DNA of 64,000 bases from Antedon mediterranea (GCF_964355755.1 NC_092675.1:13550912-13614911); one strand, 5' to 3'. Shown: positions 10,501 to 25,699, counted from the first letter of the stretch. Made by a program: numbers and translations. The notes: generated by a model from the letters alone, not told the origin.

Positions 10501-13500
10501 AAAGTGCTTAGAATAGCTTCAAATCGCATTTGGAGACGTTTTAGACCATTTTGTGATTTTCGAAAAAACTTTTTAACATAAAAACACCAAAGTGCTTAGA
10601 ATAGCTTCAAATCACATTTGGAGACGTTTTAGACCATTTTGTGATTTTCGAAAAAACTTGTTAACATAAAAACACGAAAGTGCTTAGAATAGCTTCAAAT
10701 CGCATTTAGAAACGTTTTAGACCATTTTGTGATTTTCGAAAAAAATTGTTAACATAAAAACACCAAAGTGCTTAGAATCACATTATAAACCGTTTTAGAC
10801 CATTTTGAGCATTTCGATAACAATTTTCACACAAAAACATCAAAGAGCACAAAATAGCTTAATATCGTATTTAAAAATGTTTTAGACCATTTTGAGCATT
10901 TAGATAAAACTTTTTCACACAAAACACCAAAGTGCTTAGAATAGCTTCAAATCGCATTTGGAGACGTTTTAGACCAATTTGTGATTTTTGAAAAAACTTG
11001 TTAACATAAAAACACCAAAGTGCTTAGAATAGCTTCAAATCACATTTGGAGACGTTTTAGACCATTTTGTGATTTTGAACAAACTTGTTAACATAAAAAC
11101 ACCAAAGTGCTTAGAATAGCTTCAAATCGCATTTGGAGACGTTTTAGACCATTTTGTGATTTTCGAAAAAACTTGTTGACATAAAAACACCAAAGTGCTT
11201 AGAATAGCTTCAAATCGTATTTGGAGACGTTTTAGACCATTTTGAGATTTTCGAAAAAACTTGGTTACACAAAAACATCAAAGTGCTTAAAATCACATTA
11301 TAAACCGTTTTAGACCATTTTGAGCATTTCGATAACACTTTTCACACAAAAACATCAAAGAGCACAAAATAGCTTAATATCGTATTTAAAAACGTTTTAG
11401 ACCATTTTGAGCATTTCGACAAAACTTTTTCACACAAAACACCAAAGTGCTTAGAATAGCTTCAAATCGCATTTGGAGACGTTTTAGACCAATTTGTGCA
11501 TTTCGATGAAACTTGATTACACAAAAACATCAAAGTGCTTAAAATCACATTATAAACCGTTTTAGACCATTTTGAGCATTTCGATAACACTTTTCACACA
11601 AAAACATCAAAGAGCACAAAATAGCTTAATATCGTATTTAAAAACGTTTTAGACCATTTTGAGCATTTAGACAAAACTTTTTCACACAAAACACCAAAGT
11701 GCTTAGAATAGCTTCAAATCGCATTTGGAGACGTTTTAGAACATTTTGTGCATTTCGATGAAACTTGGTTACACAAAAACATCAAAGTGCTTAAAATCAC
11801 ATTATAAATCGTTTTAGACCATTTTGAGCATTTCGACAAAACTTTTTCACACAAAATACCAAAGTGCTTAGAATAGCTTCAAATCGCATTTCGAGACGTT
11901 CTAGACCATTTTGTGATTTTCGAAAAAACTTTTTAACATAAAAACACCAAAGTGCTTAGAATAGCTTCAAATCACATTTGGAGACATTTTAGACCATTTT
12001 GTGATTTTCGAAAAAACTTGTTAACATAAAAACACGAAAGTGCTTAGAATAGCTTCAAATCGCATTTGGAGACGTTTTAGACCATTTTGTGATTTTCGAA
12101 AAAACTTGTTAACATAAAAACACGAAAGTGCTTAGAATAGCTTCAAATCACATTTGGAGACGTTTTAGACCATTTTGTGATTTTTGAAAAAACTTGTTAA
12201 CATAAAAACACGAAAGTGCTTAGAACAGCTTCAAATCGCATTTGGAAACGTTTTAGACCAATTTGTGCATTTCGATGAAACTTGATTACACAAAAACATC
12301 AAAGTGCTTAAAATCACATTATAAACCGTTTTAGACCATTTTGAGCATTTCGATAACACTTTTCACACAAAAACATTAAAGAGCACAAAATAGCTTAATA
12401 TCGTATTTAAAAACGTTTTAGACCATTTTGAGCATTTAGACAAAACTTTTTCACACAAAACACCAAAGTGCTTAGAATAGCTTCAAATCGCATTTGGAGA
12501 CGTTTTAGACCATTTTGTGCATTTCGATGAAACTTGGTTACACAAAAACATCAAAGTGCTTAAAATCACATTATAAATCGTTTTAGACCATTTTGAGCAT
12601 TTCGACAAAACTTTTTCACACAAAATACCAAAGTGCTTAGAATAGCTTCAAATCGCATTTCGAGACGTTTTAGACCATTTTGTGATTTTCGAAAAAACTT
12701 TTTAACATAAAAACACCAAAGTGCTTAGAATAGCTTCAAATCACATTTGGAGACATTTTAGACCATTTTGTGATTTTCGAAAAAACTTGTTAACATAAAA
12801 ACACGAAAGTTCTTAGAATAGCTTCAAATCGCATTTGGAAACGTTTTAGACCATTTTGTGATTTTCGAAAAAAATTGTTAACATAAAAACACCAAAGTGC
12901 TTAGAATCACATTATAAACCGTTTTAGACCATTTTGAGCATTTCGATAACAATTTTCACACAAAAACATCAAAGAGCACAAAATAGCTTAATATCGTATT
13001 TAAAAATGTTTTAGACCATTTTGAGCATTTAGATAAAACTTTTTCACACAAAACACCAAAGTGCTTAGAATAGCTTCAAATCGCATTTGGAGACGTTTTA
13101 GACCATTTTGTGATTTTTGAAAAAACTTGTTAACATAAAAACACCAAAGTGCTTAGAATAGCTTCAAATCACATTTGGAGACGTTTTAGACCATTTTGTG
13201 ATTTTCGAAAAAACTTTTTAACATAAAAACACCAAAGTGCTTAGAATAGCTTCAAATCACATTTGGAGACGTTTTAGACCATTTTGTGATTTTTGAAAAA
13301 ACTTGTTAACATAAAAACACGAAAGTGCTTAGAATAGCTTCAAATCGCATTTGGAAACGTTTTAGACCATTTTGTGATTTTCGAAAAAGATTGTTAACAT
13401 AAAAACACCAAAGTGTTTAGAATAGCTTCAAATCGCATTTGGAGACGGTTTAGACCATTTTGTGATTTTGAAAAAACTTGTTAACATAAAAACACCAAAG

Positions 13501-13587
13501 TGCTTAGAATAGCTTCAAATCGCATTTGGAGACGTTTTAGACCATTTTGTGATTTTCGAAAAAACTTGTTAACATAAAAACACCAAA

Positions 13588-15284
13588 GTGCTTAGAATAG
13601 CTTCAAATCGTATTTGGAGACGTTTTAGACCATTTTGAGATTTTCGAAAAAACTTGGTTACACAAAAACATCAAAGTGCTTAAAATCACATTATAAACCG
13701 TTTTAGACCATTTTGAGCATTTCGATAACACTTTTCACACAAAAACATCAAAGAGCACAAAATAGCTTAATATCGTATTTAAAAACGTTTTAGACCATTT
13801 TGAGCATTTAGACAAAACTTTTTCACACAAAACACCAAAGTGCTTAGAATAGCTTCAAATCGCATTTGGAGACGTTTTAGACCATTTTGTGCATTTCGAT
13901 GAAAGTTGGTTACACAAAAACATCAAAGTGCTTAAAATCACATTATAAATCGTTTTAGACCATTTTGAGCATTTCGACAAAACTTTTTCACACAAAATAC
14001 CAAAGTGCTTAGAATAGCTTCAAATCGCATTTGGAGACGTTTTAGACCATTTTGTGATTTTCGAAAAAACTTTTTAACATAAAAACACCAAAGTGCTTAG
14101 AATAGCTTCAAATCACATTTGGAGACGTTTTAGACCATAAGTGCTTAGAATCACATTATAAACCGTTTTAGACCATTTTGAGCATTTCGATAACAATTTT
14201 AACACAAAAACATCAAAGAGCACAAAATAGCTTAATATCGTATTTAAAAATGTTTTAGACCATTTTGAGCATTTAGATAAAACTTTTTCACACAAAACAC
14301 CAAAGTGCTTAGAATAGCTTCAAATCGCATTTGAAGACGTTTTAGACCAATTTGTGATTTTTGAAAAAACTTGTTAACATAAAAACACCAAAGTGCTTAG
14401 AATAGCTTCAAATCACATTTGGAGACGTTTTAGACCATTTTGTGATTTTGAACAAACTTGTTAACATAAAAACACCAAAGTGCTTAGAATAGCTTCAAAT
14501 CGTATTTGGAGACGTTTTAGACCATTTTGAGATTTTCGAAAAAACTTGGTTACACAAAAACATCAAAGTGCTTAAAATCACATTATAAACCGTTTTAGAC
14601 CATTTTGAGCATTTCGATAACACTTTTCACACAAAAACATCAAAGAGCACAAAATAGCTTAATATCGTATTTAAAAACGTTTTAGACCATTTTGAGCATT
14701 TAGACAAAACTTTTTCACACAAAACACCAAAGTGCTTAGAATAGCTTCAAATCGCATTTGGAGACGTTTTAGACCATTTTGTGCATTTCGATGAAAGTTG
14801 GTTACACAAAAACATCAAAGTGCTTAAAATCACATTATAAATCGTTTTAGACCATTTTGAGCATTTCGACAAAACTTTTTCACACAAAATACCAAAGTGC
14901 TTAGAATAGCTTCAAATCGCATTTGGAGACGTTTTAGACCATTTTGTGATTTTCGAAAAAACTTTTTAACATAAAAACACCAAAGTGCTTAGAATAGCTT
15001 CAAATCATATTTGGAGACGTTTTAGACCATAAGTGCTTAGAATCACATTATAAACCGTTTTAGACCATTTTGAGCATTTCGATAACAATTTTAACACAAA
15101 AACATCAAAGAGCACAAAATAGCTTAATATCGTATTTAAAAATGTTTTAGACCATTTTGAGCATTTAGATAAAACTTTTTCACACAAAACACCAAAGTGC
15201 TTAGAATAGCTTCAAATCGCATTTGGAGACGTTTTAGACCAATTTGTGATTTTTGAAAAAACTTGTTAACATAAAAACACCAAA
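13588..15284 (+). repeat. Tandem duplication with an 892-bp (11-monomer) period
   Basis: GAAAGTTGG at 13901 and 14793; CCATAAG junction at 14135 and 15027; E monomers at 13588 and 14480. All offsets are 892. Confidence 0.88.
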
Positions 15285-18281
15285 GTGTTTAGAATAGCTT
15301 CAAATCGCATTTGGAGACGTTTTAGACCAATTTGTGATTTTCGAAAAAACTTATCAACATAAAAACACCAAAGGGTTTAGAATAGCTTCAAATCGCATTT
15401 GGAGACGTTTTAGACCATTTTGTGATTTTGAAAAAACTTGTTAACATAAAAACACGAAAGTGCTTAGAATAGCTTCAAATCGCATTTGGAGACGTTTTAG
15501 ACCATTTTGTGATTTTCGAAAAAACTTGTTAACATAAAAACACGAAAGTGCTTAGAATAGCTTCAAATCACATTTGGAGACGTTTTAGACCATTTTGTGA
15601 TTTTTGAAAAAACTTGTTAACATAAAAACACGAAAGTGCTTAGAATAGCTTCAAATCGCATTTGGAAACGTTTTAGACCAATTTGTGCATTTCGATGAAA
15701 CTTGATTACACAAAAACATCAAAGTGCTTAAAATCACATTATAAACCGTTTTAGACCATTTTGAGCATTTCGATAACACTTTTCACACAAAAACATTAAA
15801 GAGCACAAAATAGCTTAATATCGTATTTAAAAACGTTTTAGACCATTTTGAGCATTTAGACAAAACTTTTTCACACAAAACACCAAAGTGCTTAGAATAG
15901 CTTCAAATCGCATTTGGAGACGTTTTAGACCATTTTGTGCATTTCGATGAAACTTGGTTACACAAAAACATCAAAGTGCTTAAAATCACATTATAAATCG
16001 TTTTAGACCATTTTGAGCATTTCGACAAAACTTTTTCACACAAAATACCAAAGTGCTTAGAATAGCTTCAAATCGCATTTCGAGACGTTTTAGACCATTT
16101 TGTGATTTTCGAAAAAACTTTTTAACATAAAAACACCAAAGTGCTTAGAATAGCTTCAAATCACATTTGGAGACATTTTAGACCATTTTGTGATTTTCAA
16201 AAAAACTTGTTAACATAAAAACACGAAAGTTCTTAGAATCACATTATAAACCGTTTTAGACCATTTTGAGCATTTCGATAACAATTTTCACACAAAAACA
16301 TCAAAGAGCACAAAATAGCTTAATATCGTATTTAAAAATGTTTTAGACCATTTTGAGCATTTAGATAAAACTTTTTCACACAAAACACCAAAGTGCTTAG
16401 AATAGCTTCAAATCGCATTTGGAGACGTTTTAGACCATTTTGTGATTTTTGAAAAAACTTGTTAACATAAAAACACCAAAGTGCTTAGAATAGCTTCAAA
16501 TCACATTTTGATACGTTTTAGCCCATTTTGTGATTTTCGAAAAAACTTGTTAACATAAAAACACGAAAGTGCTTAGAATAGCTTCAAATCACATTTGGAG
16601 ACGTTTTAGACCATTTTGTGATTTTTGAAAAAACTTGTTAACATAAAAACACGAAAGTGCTTAGAATAGCTTCAAATCGCATTTGGAAACGTTTTAGACC
16701 ATTTTGTGATTTTCGAAAAAGATTGTTAACATAAAAACACCAAAGTGCTTAGAATCACATTATAAACCGTTTTAGACCATTTTGAGCATTTCGATAACAA
16801 TTTTCACACAAAAACATCAAAGAGCACAAAATAGCTTAATATCGTATTTAAAAATGTTTTAGACCATTTTGAGCATTTAGATCAAACTTTTTCACACAAA
16901 ACACCAAAGTGCTTAGAATAGCTTCAAATCGCATTTGGAGACGGTTTAGACCATTTTGTGATTTTGAAAAAACTTGTTAACATAAAAACACCAAAGTGCT
17001 TAGAATAGCTTCAAATCGCATTTGGAGACGTTTTAGACCATTTTGTGATTTTCGAAAAAACTTGTTAACATAAAAACACCAAAGTGCTTAGAATAGCTTC
17101 AAATCGTATTTGGAGACGTTTTAGACCATTTTGAGATTTTCGAAAAAACTTGGTTACACAAAAACATCAAAGTGCTTAAAATCACATTATAAACCGTTTT
17201 AGACCATTTTGAGCATTTCGATAACACTTTTCACACAAAAACATTAAAGAGCACAAAATAGCTTAATATCGTATTTAAAAACGTTTTAGACCATTTTGAG
17301 CATTTCGACAAAACTTTTTCACACAAAACACCAAAGTGCTTCAAATCGCATTTGGAGACGTTTTAGACCAATTTGTGCATTTCGATGAAACTTGATTACA
17401 CAAAAACATCAAAGTGCTTAAAATCACATTATAAACCGTTTTAGACCATTTTGAGCATTTCGATAACACTTTTCACACAAAAACATCAAAGAGCACAAAA
17501 TAGCTTAATATCGTATTTAAAAACGTTTTAGACCATTTTGAGCATTTAGACAAAACTTTTTCACACAAAACACCAAAGTGCTTAGAATAGCTTCAAATCG
17601 CATTTGGAGACGTTTTAGACCATTTTGTGCATTTCGATGAAACTTGGTTACACAAAAAAATCAAAGTGCTTAAAATCACATTATAAATCGTTTTAGACCA
17701 TTTTGAGCATTTCGACAAAACTTTTTCACACAAAATACAAAAGTGCTTAGAATAGCTTCAAATCGCATTTGGAGACGTTTTAGACAATTTTGTGATTTTC
17801 GAAAAAACTTTTTAACATAAAAACACCAAAGTGCTTAGAATAGCTTCAAATCACATTTGGAGACGTTTTAGACCATTTTGTGATTTTCGAAAAAACTTGT
17901 TAACATAAAAACACGAAAGTGCTTAGAATAGCTTCAAATCGCATTTAGAAACGTTTTAGACCATTTTGTGATTTTCGAAAAAAATTGTTAACATAAAAAC
18001 ACCAAAGTGCTTAGAATCACATTATAAACCGTTTTAGACCATTTTGAGCATTTCGATAACAATTTTCACACAAAAACATCAAAGAGCACAAAATAGCTTA
18101 ATATCGTATTTAAAAATGTTTTAGACCATTTTGAGCATTTAGATAAAACTTTTTCACACAAAACACCAAAGTGCTTAGAATAGCTTCAAATCGCATTTGG
18201 AGACGTTTTAGACCATTTTGTGATTTTTGAAAAAACTTGTTAACATAAAAACACCAAAGTACTTAGAATAGCTTCAAATCA

Positions 18282-21200
18282 CATTTGGAGACGTTTTAGA
18301 CCATTTTGTGATTTTCGAAAAAACTTGTTAACATAAAAACACGAAAGTGCTTAGAATAGCTTCAAATCGCATTTGGAAACGTTTTAGACCATTTTGTGAT
18401 TTTCGAAAAAACTTGTTAACATAAAAACACGAAAGTGCTTAGAATAGCTTCAAATCGCATTTGGAAACGTTTTAGACCATTTTGTGATTTTCGAAAAAAC
18501 TTGTTAACATAAAAACACGAAAGTGCTTAGAATAGCTTCAAATCGCATTTGGAAACGTTTTAGACCATTTTGTGATTTTCGAAAAAAATTGTTAACATAA
18601 AAACACCAAAGTGTTTAGAATAGCTTCAAATCGCATTTGGAGACGTTTTAGACCAATTTGTGATTTTCGAAAAAACTTATCAACATAAAAACACCAAAGG
18701 GTTTAGAATAGCTTCAAATCGCATTTGGAGACGTTTTAGACCATTTTGTGATTTTGAAAAAACTTGTTAACATAAAAACACCAAAGTGCTTAGAATAGCT
18801 TCAAATCGCATTTGGAGACGTTTTAGACCATTTTGTGATTTTCGAAAAAACTTGTTAACATAAAAACACCAAAGTGCTTAGAATAGCTTCAAATCGTATT
18901 TGGAGACGTTTTAGACCATTTTGAGATTTTCGAAAAAACTTGGTTACACAAAAACATCAAAGTGCTTAAAATCACATTATAAACCGTTTTAGACCATTTT
19001 GAGCATTTCGATAACACTTTTCACACAAAAACATCAAAGAGCACAAAATAGCTTAATATCGTATTTAAAAACGTTTTAGACCATTTTGAGCATTTCGACA
19101 AAACTTTTTCACACAAAACACCAAAGTGCTTAGGATAGCTTCAAATCGCATTTGGAGACGTTTTAGACCAATTTGTGCATTTCGATGAAACTTGATTACA
19201 CAAAAACATCAAAGTGCTTAAAATCACATTATAAACCGTTTTAGACCATTTTGAGCATTTCGATAACACTTTTCACACAAAAACATCAAAGAGCACAAAA
19301 TAGCTTAATATCGTATTTAAAAACGTTTTAGACCATTTTGAGCATTTAGACAAAACTTTTTCACACAAAACACCAAAGTGCTTAGAATAGCTTCAAATCG
19401 CATTTGGAGACGTTTTAGACCATTTTGTGCATTTCGATGAAACTTGGTTACACAAAAACATCAAAGTGCTTAAAATCACATTATAAATCGTTTTAGACCA
19501 GTTTGAGCATTTCGACAAAACTTTTTCACACAAAATACCAAAGTGCTTAGAATAGCTTCAAATCGCATTTCGAGACGTTTTAGACCATTTTGTGATTTTC
19601 GAAAAAACTTTTTAACATAAAAACACCAAAGTGCTTAGATTAGCTTCAAATCACATTTGGAGACGTTTTAGACCATAAGTGCTTAGAATCACATTATAAA
19701 CCGTTTTAGACCATTTTGAGCATTTCGATAACAATTTTCACACAAAAACATCAAAGAGCACAAAATAGCTTAATATCGTATTTAAAAATGTTTTAGACCA
19801 TGTTGAGCATTTAGATAAAACTTTTTCACACAAAACACCAAAGTGCTTAGAATAGCTTCAAATCGCATTTGGAGACGTTTTAGACCATTTTGTGATTTTT
19901 GAAAAAACTTGTTAACATAAAAACGCCAAAGTGCTTAGAATAGCTTCAAATCACATTTGGAGACGTTTTAGACCATTTTGTGATTTTCGAAAAAACTTGT
20001 TAACATAAAAACACCAAAGTGTTTAGAATAGCTTCAAATCGCATTTGGAGACGTTTTAGACCAATTTGTGATTTTCGAAAAAACTTATCAACATAAAAAC
20101 ACCAAAGGGTTTAGAATAGCTTCAAATCGCATTTGGAGACGTTTTAGACCATTTTGTGATTTTCGAAAAAACTTGTTAACATAAAAACACGAAAGTGCTT
20201 AGAATAGCTTCAAATCGCATTTGGAAACGTTTTAGACCATTTTGTGATTTTCGAAAAAACTTGTTAACATAAAAACACGAAAGTGCTTAGAATAGCTTCA
20301 AATCGCATTTGGAAACGTTTTAGACCATTTTGTGATTTTCGAAAAAACTTGTTAACATAAAAACACGAAAGTGCTTAGAATAGCTTCAAATCGCATTTGG
20401 AAACGTTTTAGACCATTTTGTGATTTTCGAAAAAAATTGTTAACATAAAAACACCAAAGTGTTTAGAATAGCTTCAAATCGCATTTGGAGACGTTTTAGA
20501 CCAATTTGTGATTTTCGAAAAAACTTATCAACATAAAAACACCAAAGGGTTTAGAATAGCTTCAAATCGCATTTGGAGACGTTTTAGACCATTTTGTGAT
20601 TTTGAAAAAACTTGTTAACATAAAAACACCAAAGTGCTTAGAATAGCTTCAAATCGCATTTGGAGACGTTTTAGACCATTTTGTGATTTTCGAAAAAACT
20701 TGTTAACATAAAAACACCAAAGTGCTTAGAATAGCTTCAAATCGTATTTGGAGACGTTTTAGACCATTTTGAGATTTTCGAAAAAACTTGGTTACACAAA
20801 AACATCAAAGTGCTTAAAATCACATTATAAACCGTTTTAGACCATTTTGAGCATTTCGATAACACTTTTCACACAAAAACATCAAAGAGCACAAAATAGC
20901 TTAATATCGTATTTAAAAACGTTTTAGACCATTTTGAGCATTTCGACAAAACTTTTTCACACAAAACACCAAAGTGCTTAGAATAGCTTCAAATCGCATT
21001 TGGAGACGTTTTAGACCAATTTGTGCATTTCGATGAAACTTGATTACACAAAAACATCAAAGTGCTTAAAATCACATTATAAACCGTTTTAGACCATTTT
21101 GAGCATTTCGATAACACTTTTCACACAAAAACATCAAAGAGCACAAAATAGCTTAATATCGTATTTAAAAACGTTTTAGACCATTTTGAGCATTTAGACA

Positions 21201-22125
21201 AAACTTTTTCACACAAAACACCAAAGTGCTTAGAATAGCTTCAAATCGCATTTGGAGACGTTTTAGACCATTTTGTGCATTTCGATGAAACTTGGTTACA
21301 CAAAAACATCAAAGTGCTTAAAATCACATTATAAATCGTTTTAGACCAGTTTGAGCATTTCGACAAAACTTTTTCACACAAAATACCAAAGTGCTTAGAA
21401 TAGCTTCAAATCGCATTTCGAGACGTTTTAGACCATTTTGTGATTTTCGAAAAAACTTTTTAACATAAAAACACCAAAGTGCTTAGATTAGCTTCAAATC
21501 ACATTTGGAGACGTTTTAGACCATAAGTGCTTAGAATCACATTATAAACCGTTTTAGACCATTTTGAGCATTTCGATAACAATTTTCACACAAAAACATC
21601 AAAGAGCACAAAATAGCTTAATATCGTATTTAAAAATGTTTTAGACCATGTTGAGCATTTAGATAAAACTTTTTCACACAAAACACCAAAGTGCTTAGAA
21701 TAGCTTCAAATCGCATTTGGAGACGTTTTAGACCATTTTGTGATTTTTGAAAAAACTTGTTAACATAAAAACGCCAAAGTGCTTAGAATAGCTTCAAATC
21801 ACATTTGGAGACGTTTTAGACCATTTTGTGATTTTCGAAAAAACTTGTTAACATAAAAACACCAAAGTGTTTAGAATAGCTTCAAATCGCATTTGGAGAC
21901 GTTTTAGACCAATTTGTGATTTTCGAAAAAACTTATCAACATAAAAACACCAAAGGGTTTAGAATAGCTTCAAATCGCATTTGGAGACGTTTTAGACCAT
22001 TTTGTGATTTTCGAAAAAACTTGTTAACATAAAAACACGAAAGTGCTTAGAATAGCTTCAAATCGCATTTGGAAACGTTTTAGACCATTTTGTGATTTTC
22101 GAAAAAACTTGTTAACATAAAAACA
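18282..22125 (+). repeat. Tandem duplication with a 1,848-bp (22-monomer) period
   Basis: Private variants are paired at offset 1,848: ACCAGTTTG (G at 19501/21349), TTAGATTAGC plus CCATAAG (19673/21521), ACCATGTTG and AAACGCCAAA. Ends are approximate. Confidence 0.9.
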
Positions 22126-22557
22126 TGAAAGTGCTTAGAATAGCTTCAAATCGTATTTGGAGACGTTTTAGACGATTTTGTGATTTTCGAAAAAACATTT
22201 TAACATAAAAACACCAAAGTGCTTAGAATAGCTTCAAATCGCATTTGGAGACGTTTTAGACCATTTTGTGCATTTCGATGAAACTTGGTTACACAAAAAC
22301 ATCAAAGTGCTTAAAATCACATTATAAACCATTTAGACCATTTTGAGCATTTCGATAACACTTTTCACACAAAAACATCAAAGAGCACAAAATAGCTTAA
22401 TATCGTATTTAAAAACGTTTTAGACCATTTTGAGCATTTAGACAAAACTTTTTCACACAAAACTCCAAAGTGCTTAGAATAGCTTCAAATCGCATTTGGA
22501 GACGTTTTAGAACATTTTGTGTTTTTCGAAAAAACCTGTTAACATAAAAACACCAAA

Positions 22558-24638
22558 GTGCTTAGAATAGCTTCAAATCGCATTTGGAGACTATTTAGAC
22601 CATTTTGTGATTTTTGAAAAAACTTGTTAACATAAAAACACGAAAGTGCTTAGAATAGCTTCAAATCGCATTTGGAAACGTTTTAGACCATTTTGTGATT
22701 TTCGAAAAAGATTGTTAACATAAAAACACCAATGTGCTTAGAATCACATTATACACCGTTTTAGACCATTTTGAGCATTTCGATAACAATTTTCACACAA
22801 AAACATCAAAGGGCACAAAATAGCTTAATATCGTATTTAAAAATGTTTTAGACCATTTTGAGCATTTAGATAAAACTTTTTCACACAAAACACCAAAGTG
22901 CTTAGAATAGCTTCAAATCGCATTTGGAGACGGTTTAGAACATTTTGTGATTTTGAAAAAACTTTTTAACATAAAAACACCAAAGTGCTTAGAATAGCTT
23001 CAAATCGCATTTGGAGACGTTTTAGACCATTTTGTGATTTTCGAAAAAACTTGTTAACATAAAAACACCAAAGTGCTTAGAATAGCTTCAAATCGTATTT
23101 GGAGACGTTTTAGACCATTTTGAGATTTTCGAAAAAACTTGGTTACACAAAAACATCAAAGTGCTTAAAATCACATTATAAACCGTTTTAGACCATTTTG
23201 AGCATTTCGATAACACTTTTCACACAAAAACATCAAAGAGCACAAAATAGCTTAATATCGTATTTAAAAACGTTTTAGACCATTTTGAGCATTTCGACAA
23301 AACTTTTTCACACAAAACACCAAAGTGCTTAGAATAGCTTCAAATCGCATTTGGAGACGTTTTAGACCAATTTGTGCATTTCGATGAAACTTGATTACAC
23401 AAAAACATCAAAGTGCTTAAAATCACATTATAAACCGTTTTAGACCATTTTGAGCATTTCGATAACACTTTTCACACAAAAACATCAAAGAGCACAAAAT
23501 AGCTTAATATCGTATTTAAAAACGTTTTAGACCATGATTTTCGAAAAAACTTGTTAACATAAAAACACCAAAGTGCTTAGAATAGCTTCAAATCACATTT
23601 GGAGACGTTTTAGACCAATTTGTGATTTTCGAAAAAACTTATCAACATAAAAACACCAAAGGGCTTAGAATAGCTTCAAATCGCATTTGGAGACTATTTA
23701 GACCATTTTGTGATTTTTGAAAAAACTTGTTAACATAAAAACACGAAAGTGCTTAGAATAGCTTCAAATCGCATTTGGAAACGTTTTATTCCATTTTGTG
23801 ATTTTCGAAAAAGATTGTTAACATAAAAACACCAATGTGCTTAGAATCACATTATAAACCGTTTTAGACAATTTTGAGCATTTCGATAACAATTTTCACA
23901 CAAAAACATCAAAGAGCACAAAATAGCTTAATATCGTATTTAAAAATGTTTTAGACCATTTTGAGCATTTAGATAAAACTTTTTCACACAAAACACCAAA
24001 GTGCTTAGAATAGCTTCAAATCGCATTTGGAGACGGTTTAGAACATTTTGTGATTTTGAAAAAACTTGTTAACATAAAAACACCAAAGTGCTTAGAATAG
24101 CTTCAAATCGCATTTGGAGACGTTTTAGACCATTTTGTGATTTTCGAAAAAACTTGTTAACATAAAAACACCAAAGTGCTTAGAATAGCTTCAAATCGTA
24201 TTTGGAGACGTTTTAGACCATTTTGAGATTTTCGAAAAAACTTGGTTACACAAAAACATCAAAGTGCTTAAAATCACATTATAAACCGTTTTAGACCATT
24301 TTGAGCATTTCGATAACACTTTTCACACAAAAACATCAAAGAGCACAAAATAGCTTAATATCGTATTTAAAAACGTTTTAGACCATTTTGAGCATTTCGA
24401 CAAAACTTTTTCACACAAAACACCAAAGTGCTTAGAATAGCTTCAAATCGCATTTGGAGACGTTTTAGACCAATTTGTGCATTTCGATGAAACTTGATTA
24501 CACAAAAACATCAAAGTGCTTAAAATCACATTATAAACCGTTTTAGACCATTTTGAGCATTTCGATAACACTTTTCACACAAAAACATCAAAGAGCACAA
24601 AATAGCTTAATATCGTATTTAAAAACGTTTTAGACCAT
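22558..24638 (+). repeat. Near-tandem duplication with a 1,103-bp period
   Basis: GAGACTATTTAG (CTATT at 22591/23694), CCAATGTGC and CGGTTTAGAACA (22931/24034) are paired at offset 1,103. Confidence 0.85.
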
Positions 24639-25699
24639 TTTGAGCATTTAGACAAAACTTTTTCACACAAAACACCAAAGTGCTTAGAATAGCTTCAAAT
24701 CGCATTTGGAGACGTTTTAGACCATTTTGTGCATTTCGATGAAACTTAGTTACACAAAAACATCAAAGTGCTTAAAATCACATTATAAATCGTTTTAGAC
24801 CATTTTGAGCATTTCGACAAAACTTTTTCACACAAAATACCAAAGTGCTTAGAATAGCTTCAAATCGCATTTGGAGACGTTTTAGACCATTTTGTGATTT
24901 TCGAAAAAAACTTTTTAACATAAAAACACCAAAGTGCTTAGAATAGCTTCAAATCACATTTGGAGACGTTTTAGACCATTTTGTGATTTTCGAAAAAACT
25001 TGTTAACATAAAAACACGAAAGTGCTTAGAATAGCTTCAAATCGCATTTGGAAACGTTTTAGACCATTTTGTGATTTTCGAAAAAAATTGTTAACATAAA
25101 AACACCAAAGTGCTTAGAATCACATTATAAACCGTTTTAGACCATTTTGAGCATTTCGATAACAATTTTCACACAAAAACATCAAAGAGCACAAAATAGC
25201 TTAATATCGTATTTAAAAATGTTTTAGACCATTTTGAGCATTTAGATAAAACTTTTTTACACAAAACACCAAAGTGCTTAGAATAGCTTCAAATCGCATT
25301 TGGAGACGTTTTAGACCATTTTGTGATTTTTGAAAAAACTTGTTAACATAAAAACACCAAAGTGCTTAGAATAGCTTCAAATCACATTTGGAGACGTTTT
25401 AGACCATTTTGTGATTTTCGAAAAAACTTGTTAACATAAAACACCAAAGTGCTTAGAATCACATTATAAACCGTTTTAGACCATTTTGAGCATTTCGATA
25501 ACAATTTTCACACAAAAACATCAAAGAGCACAAAATAGCTTAATATCGTATTTAAAAATGTTTTAGACCATTTTGAGCATTTAGATAAAACTTTTTCACA
25601 CAAAACACCAAAGTGCTTAGAATAGCTTCAAATCGCATTTGGAGACGTTTTAGACCAATTTGTGATTTTTGAAAAAACTTGTTAACATAAAAACACCAA

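Noticed and set aside
18282-22125. The 1,848-bp period equals exactly 21 x 88
   Set aside because: The unit contains 22 monomers of mixed length. Other periods (892, 1,103, 2,215, 2,691) are not near-exact multiples of 88, so this is treated as coincidence.
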